IMG/VR virus record: IMGVR_UViG_3300046642_001000
Span: 103,935 to 167,934 of that record
Source of the DNA: a virus
Lineage: Duplodnaviria; Heunggongvirae; Uroviricota; Caudoviricetes
Direction: 5' to 3' (one strand)
DNA length: 64,000 bases
Position numbers and translations under genes: made by a program. Below are positions 54,142 through 63,015 of this stretch, one piece after another. Every line of letters begins with the position of its first letter. The first letter of the stretch is position 1. A model generated the notes under the pieces. That model had not been told where the DNA came from. It did no database searches and was given only the letters and a program-made list of their open reading frames with translations.

Positions 54142-54171
54142 GTGTACTTCAGGTAGACTCCGTGATAGATT
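54142..54171 (+). promoter_or_regulatory. class B promoter: GTGTACTTC, then 15 nt, then TAGATT
   Basis: 24-nt spacing; ATG at 54178 lies 6 nt after the hexamer; diverges from the reverse-strand nuclease gene. Confidence 0.45.
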
Positions 54172-54177
54172 AGAACC

Positions 54178-54489
54178 ATGGAAAAAAAGGAAGTGGTGAT
54201 CGAGGTTGGAATGGGCGCGACGCTGTGCGGCTGGACGGACAAGACTCCGGCCACGGTGATCGAGGTCCATGACACCTGGTTCAGGGTGCGTGAGGACAGC
54301 TACAAGCGCATCGACAAGAACGGGATGAGCGAGTCCCAGGAGTACGAGTACTCGCCGAACCCGGAGGGGGCGACGTACACCTTCACCAAGCGCAAGAACG
54401 GGCGCTGGGTCCAGAAGGGGTGCGCCATGGGCAAGGGCACGAAGGTCTCCGTCGGAGTCCGTCGGGCCTGGTACGACTTCAGCTTCTAA
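54178..54489 (+). CDS. hypothetical protein
   Basis: 103-aa ORF. Confidence 0.5.
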   Translation: MEKKEVVIEVGMGATLCGWTDKTPATVIEVHDTWFRVREDSYKRIDKNGMSESQEYEYSPNPEGATYTFTKRKNGRWVQKGCAMGKGTKVSVGVRRAWYDFSF

Positions 54490-54499
54490 AGGAGACCAC

Positions 54500-54709
54500 A
54501 TGGCGAAGCTCTGGATGGGGACGCGTCCCTGCACCTGCGACATCTGCGGGGGACGGATCACGAAGACGTTCATCGACGGCAAGACCAAGATGGGTCCCTG
54601 GGGGATCATGTGCAAGGCCTGCCACAAGTCCAAGGGCGTCGGCCTGGGGACTGGCCTGGGCCAACGGTACGAGCTCAAGGAAGCCGAGTTCGTCAAGGTG
54701 GAGGGCTAG
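54500..54709 (+). CDS. zinc-ribbon protein
   Basis: CTCDICGG ... CKACHK. Confidence 0.45.
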   Translation: MAKLWMGTRPCTCDICGGRITKTFIDGKTKMGPWGIMCKACHKSKGVGLGTGLGQRYELKEAEFVKVEG

Positions 54710-55300
54710 ATGGAACGCAAGGTCCCGAAGGGTGAGGTGCCCGCCGTGGTCCTCATCAACCCGAACTTCAGCCACAACGTGGGTGCCGCCCTCCGTGGCT
54801 GCTCCTGCTTCGACGCCAAGCAGCTCTGGTGGACGGGGAAGCGGGTCCAGATCGACCTGAACTCGGGCGAGCGCCTGAAGCGGGAAGAGCGGATGAAGGG
54901 CTACAAGAACGTGGTCTGGACGAACCACGACCGTCCGCTGGACCAGTTCCCGGCGGGTGTGGTACCGGTGGTCGTGGAGCTCCTGGCCACCAGCGAGCCG
55001 CTGACCACGTTCGTCCACCCTGAGAACGCAGTCTACATCTTCGGGCCCGAGGACGGGGACGTGCCGGTCTCTATCCGGACGCTGGCCCACCGCTTCGTCT
55101 TCATCCCCAGCCGCCACTGCCTGAACCTCTCGGCGGCGGTGAACGTGGTGCTGGCCGACCGCATGATGAAGCGGCAGCTGGCCGGGCTGGAGCCCATCGT
55201 CCCGGTCGGGGAGATGCTGTGGGAGGACCGGGACCAGGCGCGGCCGCCCCGTGGCTTCTTCTCTCCGGAGCTGGACAAGTTCGGCCTGGACGGGAGGTAG
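54710..55300 (+). CDS. SpoU/TrmH-family (SPOUT) RNA 2'-O-methyltransferase
   Basis: NVGAALR, YIFGPEDGDVP, and IP....CLNLSAAVNVVL motifs. Confidence 0.6.
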   Translation: MERKVPKGEVPAVVLINPNFSHNVGAALRGCSCFDAKQLWWTGKRVQIDLNSGERLKREERMKGYKNVVWTNHDRPLDQFPAGVVPVVVELLATSEPLTTFVHPENAVYIFGPEDGDVPVSIRTLAHRFVFIPSRHCLNLSAAVNVVLADRMMKRQLAGLEPIVPVGEMLWEDRDQARPPRGFFSPELDKFGLDGR

Positions 55301-55303
55301 ACC

Positions 55304-55603
55304 ATGCAGACCAGAAAGCGTGGCAAGAGCGGGACCAGGATCCCGGTCAGCTCCCTCTCCAGCATGCTCCTCGCCTCGGTGCGGGCCTACGCCGCGTTGG
55401 CCAAGTGGATCAACCGGCGCCCGAACCTCGGCAAGTACAAGGACCACTACATGGCTCAGACCGAGGTGAGCCGGGAAGTCCTCGAGCACCTGCAGCGGGA
55501 CCTCGACGGGGTGTGCCGACCTGAGGACATGCAGGCGGTGGCGGACGCGATCCACCGACTCTGCGCCCACTCGGTCTGGGCCAACGAACCCATCGACAAA
55601 TAG
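55304..55603 (+). CDS. hypothetical protein
   Basis: 99-aa ORF. Confidence 0.45.
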   Translation: MQTRKRGKSGTRIPVSSLSSMLLASVRAYAALAKWINRRPNLGKYKDHYMAQTEVSREVLEHLQRDLDGVCRPEDMQAVADAIHRLCAHSVWANEPIDK

Positions 55604-55635
55604 TCCTTTACATCTCGTTCGTCTTGTAGTAAAGT
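55603..55635 (+). promoter_or_regulatory. class A-like promoter: GTCCTTTAC then 18 nt then TAGTAAAGT
   Basis: same 27-nt spacing from GTCCTT, with a weaker -10. Confidence 0.35.
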
Positions 55636-55644
55636 GGTTCTATC

Positions 55645-55821
55645 ATGGCCAAGGGGAAGGTGATAGACACGATCAAGATCCCCAGGGACAAGGCCAAGGA
55701 GTGCCGGACCCGCTCACGTGCCACGTTCGGCAAGCCTGGTCTCGGCCGGAAGACGAGCTTCAAGGACCGGAAGAAGGACGGCAACCGCAAGGCCTGCCGT
55801 CAACCACCAGAGGAGGAGTGA
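55645..55821 (+). CDS. small basic protein
   Basis: 58 aa, Lys/Arg-rich. Confidence 0.4.
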   Translation: MAKGKVIDTIKIPRDKAKECRTRSRATFGKPGLGRKTSFKDRKKDGNRKACRQPPEEE

Positions 55822-56027
55822 TGCCCAAGGTAAGCTTCAGGGAATGGAAGGACCAGCTGCGCGCCATCATGCGGGAGGAGGGGGACGACGAGACGGACTT
55901 CGACGCCGCTCTCTCCAGCAACTACTGGCGCGAGGGGTACTCGCCCCGAGCTTTCTACAAGGAGATCCTGGCGGGCGACGCGGCCGACCGTCAGACCGAA
56001 GACTTCGACATCCGCTACGACCTCTAA
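55821..56027 (+). CDS. hypothetical protein
   Basis: 68-aa ORF with a TGATG overlap. Confidence 0.45.
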   Translation: MPKVSFREWKDQLRAIMREEGDDETDFDAALSSNYWREGYSPRAFYKEILAGDAADRQTEDFDIRYDL

Positions 56028-56040
56028 CCAAGGAGACCAC

Positions 56041-56427
56041 GTGAAGAAGGAAATCGTACTGGGGATCGTCAAGGAGCTCGGGCTGGAGATCAAGGAGCAG
56101 GCGGCCTTCTACAAGATCCAGGGCGGGGGCAAGATCGTCTACATCGCCAAGTCCGCCGACGTCCGACGCATCGACATCTCGGGATTCACCCCGACGGAGA
56201 ACCACCCGGGCATCCTGCAGATCTCGGACGAGGACGCCAAGGCGCGGAAGCTCGGCAAGGTCCGGGCGCAGGTGGACTTCTCGGCGCCCGAGGAGCACAT
56301 CATCTACGCCATCCGGCTCGTGCTGACGGAGGTGCGGGTCGAGGTCGTCCGCAAGGACCGCCTCCCTTTGCTCATCCGCCGGGCGAAGGCGCTGAAGGCG
56401 CAGAAGTCCACCATCGCCACCGCCTAG
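56041..56427 (+). CDS. hypothetical protein, paralogue of the gene at 51287..51748
   Basis: GTG start 7 nt after AAGGAGA; shared GKVRAQVDF / ISGFT blocks. Confidence 0.5.
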   Translation: MKKEIVLGIVKELGLEIKEQAAFYKIQGGGKIVYIAKSADVRRIDISGFTPTENHPGILQISDEDAKARKLGKVRAQVDFSAPEEHIIYAIRLVLTEVRVEVVRKDRLPLLIRRAKALKAQKSTIATA

Positions 56428-56438
56428 CTACTTACCCC

Positions 56439-56747
56439 ATGAGCGCAATCGACTGCATCAAGGGGCGGGAGTTCAAGAAGTACCGCTTCCACGATGCGAC
56501 ATGGAACGTCTCGGGATCCACGGTCACCATGAACGGGCAGCAGGAGTCTGGCTCCCTGGACTGGGGAAAGAGCCGCTACCTGAAGACGGGGAAGAACAAC
56601 GAGTTCTGGGCCTTCCTCTCAGGGTCGGGGGTGACGCCCCACTACAAGGTCTTCCTCGACGAGAAGCGGGAGGGCTACGTGCCGCCCAAGGACTTCAAGT
56701 GGGTGCTCCCCATCTCGAGCGGGGAAGACGACGAGGACGACGAATGA
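56439..56747 (+). CDS. hypothetical protein
   Basis: 102-aa ORF with an acidic tail. Confidence 0.45.
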   Translation: MSAIDCIKGREFKKYRFHDATWNVSGSTVTMNGQQESGSLDWGKSRYLKTGKNNEFWAFLSGSGVTPHYKVFLDEKREGYVPPKDFKWVLPISSGEDDEDDE

Positions 56748-56950
56748 GCCATCGGTGGAGCGGCTGGCCTGGCGCCTGGTGCCTGGACTGCGGGATGGAA
56801 GACCCGAACGAGATCTGTCTGGCGGACCACGACCACGACACGTCTCCGACGACCTGTCCCGTGGACTGGAGCAAGGTGCCGGCCGACTGTCCGGAGCCCG
56901 GGTCCAAGCGGTGTGACCCGTACGAAAGGCAAAGAGAGAAAGCCAAATGA
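56744..56950 (+). CDS. small Cys-rich protein
   Basis: 68-aa ORF. Confidence 0.4.
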   Translation: MSHRWSGWPGAWCLDCGMEDPNEICLADHDHDTSPTTCPVDWSKVPADCPEPGSKRCDPYERQREKAK

Positions 56951-57531
56951 TCTGGTTCACGAGCGACATGCACTACGGGCACACCAACATCATCAAGTAC
57001 GCCAACCGTCCCTTCAAGCACGTGGACGAGATGGACCAGACGATGGAGGACAGCTGGCGCGCCTGTGTCCGACCCGCCGACACGGTCTATGTGCTGGGCG
57101 ACTGCGCCTTCTACAAGGACCAGACCAAGACCATCAGGCTCTTCAGCCGGCTGCCCGGCACCAAGTACCTGGTCTGGGGCAACCACGACAAACACATCCG
57201 GAAGAACGCCGAGTTCCGGAAGCTCTTCGTGAAGACCGAGGACCTGCTCGACATCAAGGTTCCTGACCAGACGGCCGACGGCGGGGAGCGGAGGATCGTG
57301 CTCTGCCACTACGCCATGCGGGTCTGGAACAAGTCGCACTTCGGGTCCTACCAGCTGTACGGACACAGCCACGGATCCCTGCCCGATGACCCGCACTCCC
57401 TCTCCCTGGACGTAGGGGTAGACTGCTGGGGCTTTCAGCCCGTCACTTTCGAGCAGGTCCGGGAGCGGATGGCGAGGAAGACCTTCAAGCCGATCGACCA
57501 CCACGACCGGGACCGCTACGGAAAGCAGTAG
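56947..57531 (+). CDS. calcineurin-like metallophosphoesterase
   Basis: SDMHYGH, GNHD and GHSHG motifs. Confidence 0.65.
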   Translation: MIWFTSDMHYGHTNIIKYANRPFKHVDEMDQTMEDSWRACVRPADTVYVLGDCAFYKDQTKTIRLFSRLPGTKYLVWGNHDKHIRKNAEFRKLFVKTEDLLDIKVPDQTADGGERRIVLCHYAMRVWNKSHFGSYQLYGHSHGSLPDDPHSLSLDVGVDCWGFQPVTFEQVRERMARKTFKPIDHHDRDRYGKQ

Positions 57532-57546
57532 TCTTCGCTCAAAGTT

Positions 57547-57608
57547 GTGTACTCCAGATAGATCTGGTGTTAGAATGGATCTATCAATTGGATATGGAGA
57601 CCACAATG
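57547..57608 (+). promoter_or_regulatory. class B promoter (GTGTACTCC, then 15 nt, then TAGAAT) plus the second copy of the conserved leader cassette
   Basis: CAATTGGATATGGAGACCACAATG carries a GGAGA Shine-Dalgarno 5 nt before the ATG at 57606. Confidence 0.5.
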
Positions 57609-58409
57609 TCGACCCTCTTTCTCCGGAACATCGAGCAGGTCGCCCTCTTCAAGATGGAGCTCTCGGGCCAGATCAGCGACGGTCACTGGGAGAACTCGCG
57701 CCCGCACGATCACTGGCAGGTCTGGTGCCGGGCGAAGGTCGTGGTCGCCCCCAAGGGCACCGCGCCGGGTCGGAACTTCTGGGCCAAGCGTGACCGCTAC
57801 GGCCTGACCAGCTCCATGCTGCTCTCGATCGTCGGTGGCCGCATGCTCGGCCAGGTCCGCCTCGCCCAGCAGTTCGGGCTGGCCGGAGCCGAGGAGCTGG
57901 AAAGCTGCCTGGGCTGCGGGGAGGAAGGCGCGTTCACCCCGACCTTCGACGACCCGGCCAAGTACGCGGCGGACGGGAACGAGTACTGGGCCGAGAAGGT
58001 CTGGCGCCTCAAGAAGTTCGACCTGAAGGTCGCCGAGACCCACGCCCTCCACGGGAACTACGGGAAGCGTGAGCTCCTGAAGGACCTGCGGGAGATCGCG
58101 GAGGCGATGCGGACCTGGTCGGACGCGAAGGACCTGCCCGAGGAGCCCGAGGCCAAGGAGAAGCCCCGGTTCTTCGGACACCGCGGCCTGGCCAACGCCG
58201 TCGCCACGCTGACCGGCCTGAAGGTCGAGGCGTGTGATCCTCCGGCGACTCCCCGGAACGCCTGGTACGAGCTCAAGACCTCGACGGGCATGGTGGTCAC
58301 GAACTTCCAGACCCAGCCCGGGTCGGACGGCGGGTGGGTGGTCATGGGCAAGAGCCTGCCCTTCCCCGACTCGGAGATGTGGGAAAAGGTCCAGCGGCTG
58401 GGGGCGTAA
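57606..58409 (+). CDS. hypothetical protein
   Basis: 267 aa; the ORF-table start at 57567 lies inside the -10, so the conserved cassette ATG is used. Confidence 0.5.
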   Translation: MSTLFLRNIEQVALFKMELSGQISDGHWENSRPHDHWQVWCRAKVVVAPKGTAPGRNFWAKRDRYGLTSSMLLSIVGGRMLGQVRLAQQFGLAGAEELESCLGCGEEGAFTPTFDDPAKYAADGNEYWAEKVWRLKKFDLKVAETHALHGNYGKRELLKDLREIAEAMRTWSDAKDLPEEPEAKEKPRFFGHRGLANAVATLTGLKVEACDPPATPRNAWYELKTSTGMVVTNFQTQPGSDGGWVVMGKSLPFPDSEMWEKVQRLGA

Positions 58410-58526
58410 TCCAATCATGTTCGCTAGCTATCTCATGGGGGCGCAGTTGTATCACTCGTTCATGTTCCACTTCATCCGCTGGTGGCCCCTCATCCAGCGC
58501 TTCCTGCCGGGCGCCTGAAACTTTCC

Positions 58527-58556
58527 TGTGTACTCCTGGTTTTCTTTGTAGTATAA
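58527..58556 (+). promoter_or_regulatory. class B promoter: GTGTACTCC, then 15 nt, then TATAAT
   Basis: 24-nt spacing; followed by the GGATCTATAAG initial transcribed sequence. Confidence 0.45.
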
Positions 58557-58586
58557 TGGATCTATAAGTTGCCAAGGAGTGCCAAA

Positions 58587-58847
58587 GTGGCCCTGTCCTG
58601 CACCGACTGTGGACTGGAACATGACTTCGACGACGCCCCGGACATCGGGGAATGCATCGCTTGCGGCGGGGAGCTGGTGGAAGACGACCAGCCTCCCGTG
58701 GACCGGGCGGCCCGTTGCCGGGAGATCATGAGCCGAACCATCGACAATCTCGCCTCAGCCCGAGGCACCACCCGGGAGGCCGTCTTGGCCACCATGGCAG
58801 CGAGGGGATACACCCAGCCCCGCAAGCCGACGGGTGGAGCCAACTAG
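58587..58847 (+). CDS. zinc-ribbon protein
   Basis: GTG start 8 nt after AAGGAG; CTDCG ... CIACGG. Confidence 0.45.
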   Translation: MALSCTDCGLEHDFDDAPDIGECIACGGELVEDDQPPVDRAARCREIMSRTIDNLASARGTTREAVLATMAARGYTQPRKPTGGAN

Positions 58848-59009
58848 CTACATCACCGCCCTCTGCGCCTGCTGTCAGCCGGTGCAGTTTGCCATCCCGC
58901 AGGGGATGCACCACAAGATCGTGGCGAAGGTTCGCTGCGGCTGTGGGAAGACGGTGACCTACACTTTCCCTGCAAAGCTGAGCAGGTTCTTCCTGCTGGA
59001 GGTGGACTG

Positions 59010-59384
59010 ATGGGGTACTACACGCGCTTCGAGCTCGAGGTCAAGCTGCCGGACGGGAAGAAGGCCCAGAAAAAGCAGCCGCCCTGCGTGACCTGCAAGC
59101 GGCCGTTCGAGTTCGACAAGACGATGGACCTGATCCGCGCCACTGATACCACCTACGGCAACCTGGGCGAGCTGATGGACCAGCGGTGGGACAGCGTCAA
59201 GTGGTACGACCACGAGACGGAGATGAAGGCCATCTCGCTGACCTACCCCGGCGTGCTCTTCACCATGAAGGGCGAGGGCGAGGAAGCCGGCGACATCTGG
59301 ACGAAGTACTTCATCGACGGGAAGATGCAGGTCTCCCGCGCCGAGATCAAGATCGACGGGTTCGATCCCGGGAAGCTCAAGTAA
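59010..59384 (+). CDS. hypothetical protein
   Basis: 124-aa ORF. Confidence 0.5.
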   Translation: MGYYTRFELEVKLPDGKKAQKKQPPCVTCKRPFEFDKTMDLIRATDTTYGNLGELMDQRWDSVKWYDHETEMKAISLTYPGVLFTMKGEGEEAGDIWTKYFIDGKMQVSRAEIKIDGFDPGKLK

Positions 59385-59397
59385 CCAAGGAGAGATC

Positions 59398-59739
59398 ATG
59401 TCCACCGAGAAGAAGGAACGCAAGGTCATCAAGATCGGCACCCACGGGCGTACGAACACGAACACGTACAACCGTGCCCCGCTGGCCTATGCCGAGGGGT
59501 CGGGGGAGAAGCCGAAGGAGACCCTCCAGCAGAAGGACAAGCAGGAGTGGAAGGCGCGCAAGGTCAAGCGTCAGGCCCGCAAGGACCGCGCCCGTGCGGC
59601 GGGCAAGCGTGCCGGTGTGAAGATCGGCCGGTGGCAGGGCTCGGTGGCCTACGCCAAGGACGGCAGCAAGAACTGCATCACGGTCGGCAGCCCGGAGATC
59701 GCCAATGGCTACCAGGTCGTCAGCGGAGGTGACCAGTGA
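59398..59739 (+). CDS. hypothetical basic protein
   Basis: 113-aa ORF; AAGGAGAG upstream. Confidence 0.5.
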   Translation: MSTEKKERKVIKIGTHGRTNTNTYNRAPLAYAEGSGEKPKETLQQKDKQEWKARKVKRQARKDRARAAGKRAGVKIGRWQGSVAYAKDGSKNCITVGSPEIANGYQVVSGGDQ

Positions 59740-60152
59740 ACCGCAAGAAGAACTACCGCCAGCAGGCGGCCGAGGGTCCGGCGCCGAAGGAAGCGCGTCC
59801 GGCCCGGATCGTGCAGACGCGGGGCAGCCTCACCTTCGACAGCTACTTGTGCTGCGGGCACAAGTGGATCTCGGTGAAGGCGGCGCAGGAGGACGAGCGC
59901 TCGCTCATCAACAAGGTCATCCTGAAGCCCGGCGTGAAGTTCGAGTTCGAGTTCGTCTGCGCCGACTGCGGTGCCGGCTCGACCTTCGGTGAGGTCTACG
60001 GGCGCCGCAAGATCGTGTCCTACGACCGCGACTGGAACTTCGGCATCGCTCCCCCTCCTCCCTCCCGGGACGAGCGTGACGAACGTGAGGGTGCCAAGAA
60101 AGTCGGGCAGACCAACGCGCCGGTCACCTGGGAAGATGGCCTTCAGTCGTAG
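59736..60152 (+). CDS. hypothetical protein
   Basis: 138-aa ORF with a GTG start overlapping the upstream stop. Confidence 0.45.
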   Translation: MNRKKNYRQQAAEGPAPKEARPARIVQTRGSLTFDSYLCCGHKWISVKAAQEDERSLINKVILKPGVKFEFEFVCADCGAGSTFGEVYGRRKIVSYDRDWNFGIAPPPPSRDERDEREGAKKVGQTNAPVTWEDGLQS

Positions 60153-60158
60153 CATTTA

Positions 60159-60191
60159 GTCCTTCCCCTCTCGTAGGTTCCGTGGTATAAT
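60159..60191 (+). promoter_or_regulatory. class A promoter: GTCCTTCCCC TCTCGTAG GTTCC GTGGTATAAT
   Basis: 27-nt spacing; ATG at 60199 lies 7 nt after the hexamer. Confidence 0.5.
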
Positions 60192-60198
60192 CTTCTTA

Positions 60199-60372
60199 AT
60201 GATGAAGATGATATACGACCGTCCGTCTCCCCGGCTTCGGAAGGAGCTGGGCACGGACACCCCATCCCTCGTCATCCGCAAGAAGTACATCCCGCAGGAG
60301 GGCCGGCGTCCGTACCGGCTCCTCCTGAAGGTGATCTGCACCAGCGGGCAGGTCGGCTGGATCGACCCATGA
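60199..60372 (+). CDS. small hypothetical protein
   Basis: 57 aa, leaderless-type start, with an ATGA overlap to the next gene. Confidence 0.4.
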   Translation: MMKMIYDRPSPRLRKELGTDTPSLVIRKKYIPQEGRRPYRLLLKVICTSGQVGWIDP

Positions 60373-60575
60373 CGCCCCTCACCCGTTTCCACCTGGAGGC
60401 CGTGGCCGAGATCATCGGCCCGAACTCCGCCTCTCAGAAGGCGCTGGACGAAGCGGACGCGTTCCTCGCTCTCTACAAGATGGACGGCCGCTACCGCCAC
60501 GTGAACTTCTACAAGGACGGAGCCGACATCGTGATCGAGAAGATCGACCTCGGTCCCGAGGGGATGGGGAGCTGA
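60369..60575 (+). CDS. hypothetical protein
   Basis: 68-aa ORF. Confidence 0.45.
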   Translation: MTPLTRFHLEAVAEIIGPNSASQKALDEADAFLALYKMDGRYRHVNFYKDGADIVIEKIDLGPEGMGS

Positions 60576-60696
60576 TGCACTTCTGCGGCGGGTTGGACGA
60601 CCTAATTTATCTGTTGATGTTCATCCCCGGACTGAGCTTTGCGATCGCTTGGTTGCGTGCGAAGCTCCACCACAAGCACGACCACAAGGACTGCAA

Positions 60697-60897
60697 ATGA
60701 GCAAGGTCAACGTTTCCGTCAATCTCGCGCCCCCGATGTTCCTCCTCTTCCTGGTGTTCCTCGTCCTCAAGTTGACGGGCAACATCGCCTGGAGCTGGCT
60801 CTGGGTGACCGCCCCGCTCTGGGGTGGCCTGGCGATCTGGGCCATCTTCTTCGTCTTCATCCTCATCATCGCGGCAATCGCAGCCATCTTCGGCTGA
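60697..60897 (+). CDS. small membrane protein
   Basis: 66 aa with two strongly hydrophobic helices. Confidence 0.5.
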   Translation: MSKVNVSVNLAPPMFLLFLVFLVLKLTGNIAWSWLWVTAPLWGGLAIWAIFFVFILIIAAIAAIFG

Positions 60898-60904
60898 GCC
60901 TATT

Positions 60905-60937
60905 GTCCTTCCCTTCTTGGGAGGGAGAGGGTATAAT
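60905..60937 (+). promoter_or_regulatory. class A promoter: GTCCTTCCC, then 18 nt, then GGGTATAAT
   Basis: 27-nt spacing; ATG at 60944 lies 6 nt after the hexamer. Confidence 0.45.
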
Positions 60938-60943
60938 ACCTAT

Positions 60944-62116
60944 ATGACGACCACCAATGACCTCCAGTTGCCTCGGCCCAACACGGGCGCACGGGCTGTC
61001 ATCGACCAGCTGCGTCAGCGCCCGTTGACGTACTCCGACGCGGTAGGCATCTACCGCATTGCCCGACGGAACCTCTCCGGCGTCTATCCGAGCCTGAGCC
61101 ACGTCGGCCTGACCCTCACCCGCATCCTCAAGAAGTACGGCTACAAGGGCGGGAAGCCCGGCAGCCGCGCGCCCTGGCATTTCCGCCCGCAGTCGGTCAG
61201 CGGGATCATCTCGGGCGTCCCCCTCCCGGACATCGACACGGACCTGGACGAGGGGACCGAGGTGGCCGACTTCGTCAGCGACCGCTTCAGCCTGCCCGAG
61301 GACGAGGCTCCGAAGACCAAGACCTACGAGGTGGCCAGCTACAAGGTCGACGGCCTCGTGAAGTACTCGGGCCCCCTGGAGCAGGACCGCAACATCCTGG
61401 GCCGCATCATGGGGGTCGACCTCATGGCCGAGACCTGCGACGTCATGTGGGCCACGACCACGGAGCGGGAGTACAACGTCCCGATGGAGGACCTGACGGT
61501 CTACAAGGACTCCATCTCCCGCAAGTCCTCCGGCTCCGACGACGTCGGCGGCGCCTACACTCGCCAGATCGTTCCCGGCTTCGAGATCGGGGACGAGGTC
61601 ACCTACGACGGGTCGGAGTACGGCATCAAGGGAAAGCGCGGCAAGGTGGTCGGCATCTACCGCTCGCGCCGCCAGGTGCAGTGGGAGGGGAACCACGGCC
61701 AGTCGTCCGAGATCCTCGCCGACCTGAAGGCGGTTCCCAAGGCGCCCGAGCCGGAGCCCCTGAAGGTCGGACAGTACGTCGAGTGCAAGAAGGACCGCCT
61801 CACCTTCCCGGCGAAGGTCCTGCTCGGTCCCATGAGCAACGGGCTCTACAAGGTCGTCTGCCCGAACGGCACGTTCGAGTGGGTCGGTCGTGACCAGATG
61901 ACCCCGAAGGAGGAACGCGAAGTGTATCAAGCCACCCCCGAGAAGCCCCAGTACGAGGGCCAGCCCGAGGAATCGGAGCGCACCCGCTCCCTCCGCGCCC
62001 AGCTCGCCGCCAGCCAGCACCGCGACCAGCTGACCCACTGGGCCCGCTTGGCCGTCCGGGCCATGAGCCCCGAACAGAAGGACGTGCTCCTCGAAGTCCT
62101 GAAGCAGGAGGTCTAA
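60944..62116 (+). CDS. hypothetical protein
   Basis: 390 aa; the longer ORF-table start at 60824 would precede the promoter. Confidence 0.5.
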   Translation: MTTTNDLQLPRPNTGARAVIDQLRQRPLTYSDAVGIYRIARRNLSGVYPSLSHVGLTLTRILKKYGYKGGKPGSRAPWHFRPQSVSGIISGVPLPDIDTDLDEGTEVADFVSDRFSLPEDEAPKTKTYEVASYKVDGLVKYSGPLEQDRNILGRIMGVDLMAETCDVMWATTTEREYNVPMEDLTVYKDSISRKSSGSDDVGGAYTRQIVPGFEIGDEVTYDGSEYGIKGKRGKVVGIYRSRRQVQWEGNHGQSSEILADLKAVPKAPEPEPLKVGQYVECKKDRLTFPAKVLLGPMSNGLYKVVCPNGTFEWVGRDQMTPKEEREVYQATPEKPQYEGQPEESERTRSLRAQLAASQHRDQLTHWARLAVRAMSPEQKDVLLEVLKQEV

Positions 62117-62117
62117 G

Positions 62118-62711
62118 ATGCCCACCGGCTACACGTGCAACGTGCAGGACGGCAAGATCACGGAGTTCCGTGACTACGCCAAGGCATGCGCCCGGGCCTT
62201 CGGCGCGAACATCCTGATGCGGGACGACCCGGCGGACGCTCCCATCGAGGAGTACAAGCCCGCCTCGTACCACTTCGAGTGGCTGGAGTCGGCCAAGGAG
62301 AAGCTGGAGACCGCCCGCAAGATGACGGTCGCCGAGGCCAAGACCGAGATCGCCCGGCGGAACCGTGACACGGCGTCCAGCCTCCTGAAGAGCCAGGAAG
62401 AGAACCGCGTGACCCGGGAGCGCTACGAGACCATGCTCAGCAAGGTCCGGGCGTGGAGCCCGCCGACTCCGGACCACACCGAGTTCAAGAACTTCATGAT
62501 CAGCCAGCTCGAGGACTCGCTCCGCCACGACTGCCACGACATGACGAGCTACTACTGCCCCATCACGGAGACCCCCGAGGAGTTCATCGCCTCAGAGATC
62601 CTGGACGGGATCGAGGAAGTGCTGCGGTACGAGCAGTCCCTGGCCGAGGAGATCGATCGGACCAAGGGCCGGAACAGCTGGAACCAGGCGCTGTTCCAAA
62701 GCCTGAAGTAA
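62118..62711 (+). CDS. hypothetical protein
   Basis: 197-aa ORF. Confidence 0.5.
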   Translation: MPTGYTCNVQDGKITEFRDYAKACARAFGANILMRDDPADAPIEEYKPASYHFEWLESAKEKLETARKMTVAEAKTEIARRNRDTASSLLKSQEENRVTRERYETMLSKVRAWSPPTPDHTEFKNFMISQLEDSLRHDCHDMTSYYCPITETPEEFIASEILDGIEEVLRYEQSLAEEIDRTKGRNSWNQALFQSLK

Positions 62712-62712
62712 A

Positions 62713-62745
62713 GTCCTTCTCTTCTCGTAGAAATTGTGGTATGAT
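62713..62745 (+). promoter_or_regulatory. class A promoter: GTCCTTCTC TTCTCGTAG AAATT GTGGTATGAT
   Basis: 27-nt spacing. Confidence 0.45.
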
Positions 62746-62754
62746 TATTCTATC

Positions 62755-63003
62755 ATGCCATACAGATCCCTCCCCTCAGTCCCCAAAGGCGCACCCTGCC
62801 GTTGCACCCACTGGCTGAGATTCACTCAGACGGAGTCTGGTCGCATCTGGCGGTGCTGCTCCTGCCGGTCAGACAACCACTTCCCCGTCCAGTTCTGCCA
62901 GGCCTGCGGTCATGCACGGGACCTCACCAGCGGGGAGACGGACGTGTGCCTGGTGGATCTAGGCCTGGCGCAGTTCGGCACCCACTCGAAGGGGCCGAGG
63001 TGA
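62755..63003 (+). CDS. Cys-rich zinc-finger protein
   Basis: CRC ... CCSC ... CQAC. Confidence 0.45.
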   Translation: MPYRSLPSVPKGAPCRCTHWLRFTQTESGRIWRCCSCRSDNHFPVQFCQACGHARDLTSGETDVCLVDLGLAQFGTHSKGPR

Positions 63004-63015
63004 TCGGAGCATTTT

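Noticed and set aside
58834-59010. 58-codon GTG-initiated Cys-rich ORF (CACC ... CGCG zinc-ribbon-like) overlapping the end of the gene at 58587..58847
   Set aside because: Weak ribosome-binding site, a 14-nt overlap and a length below cutoff; it is plausible but unsupported, so it is not listed as a feature.
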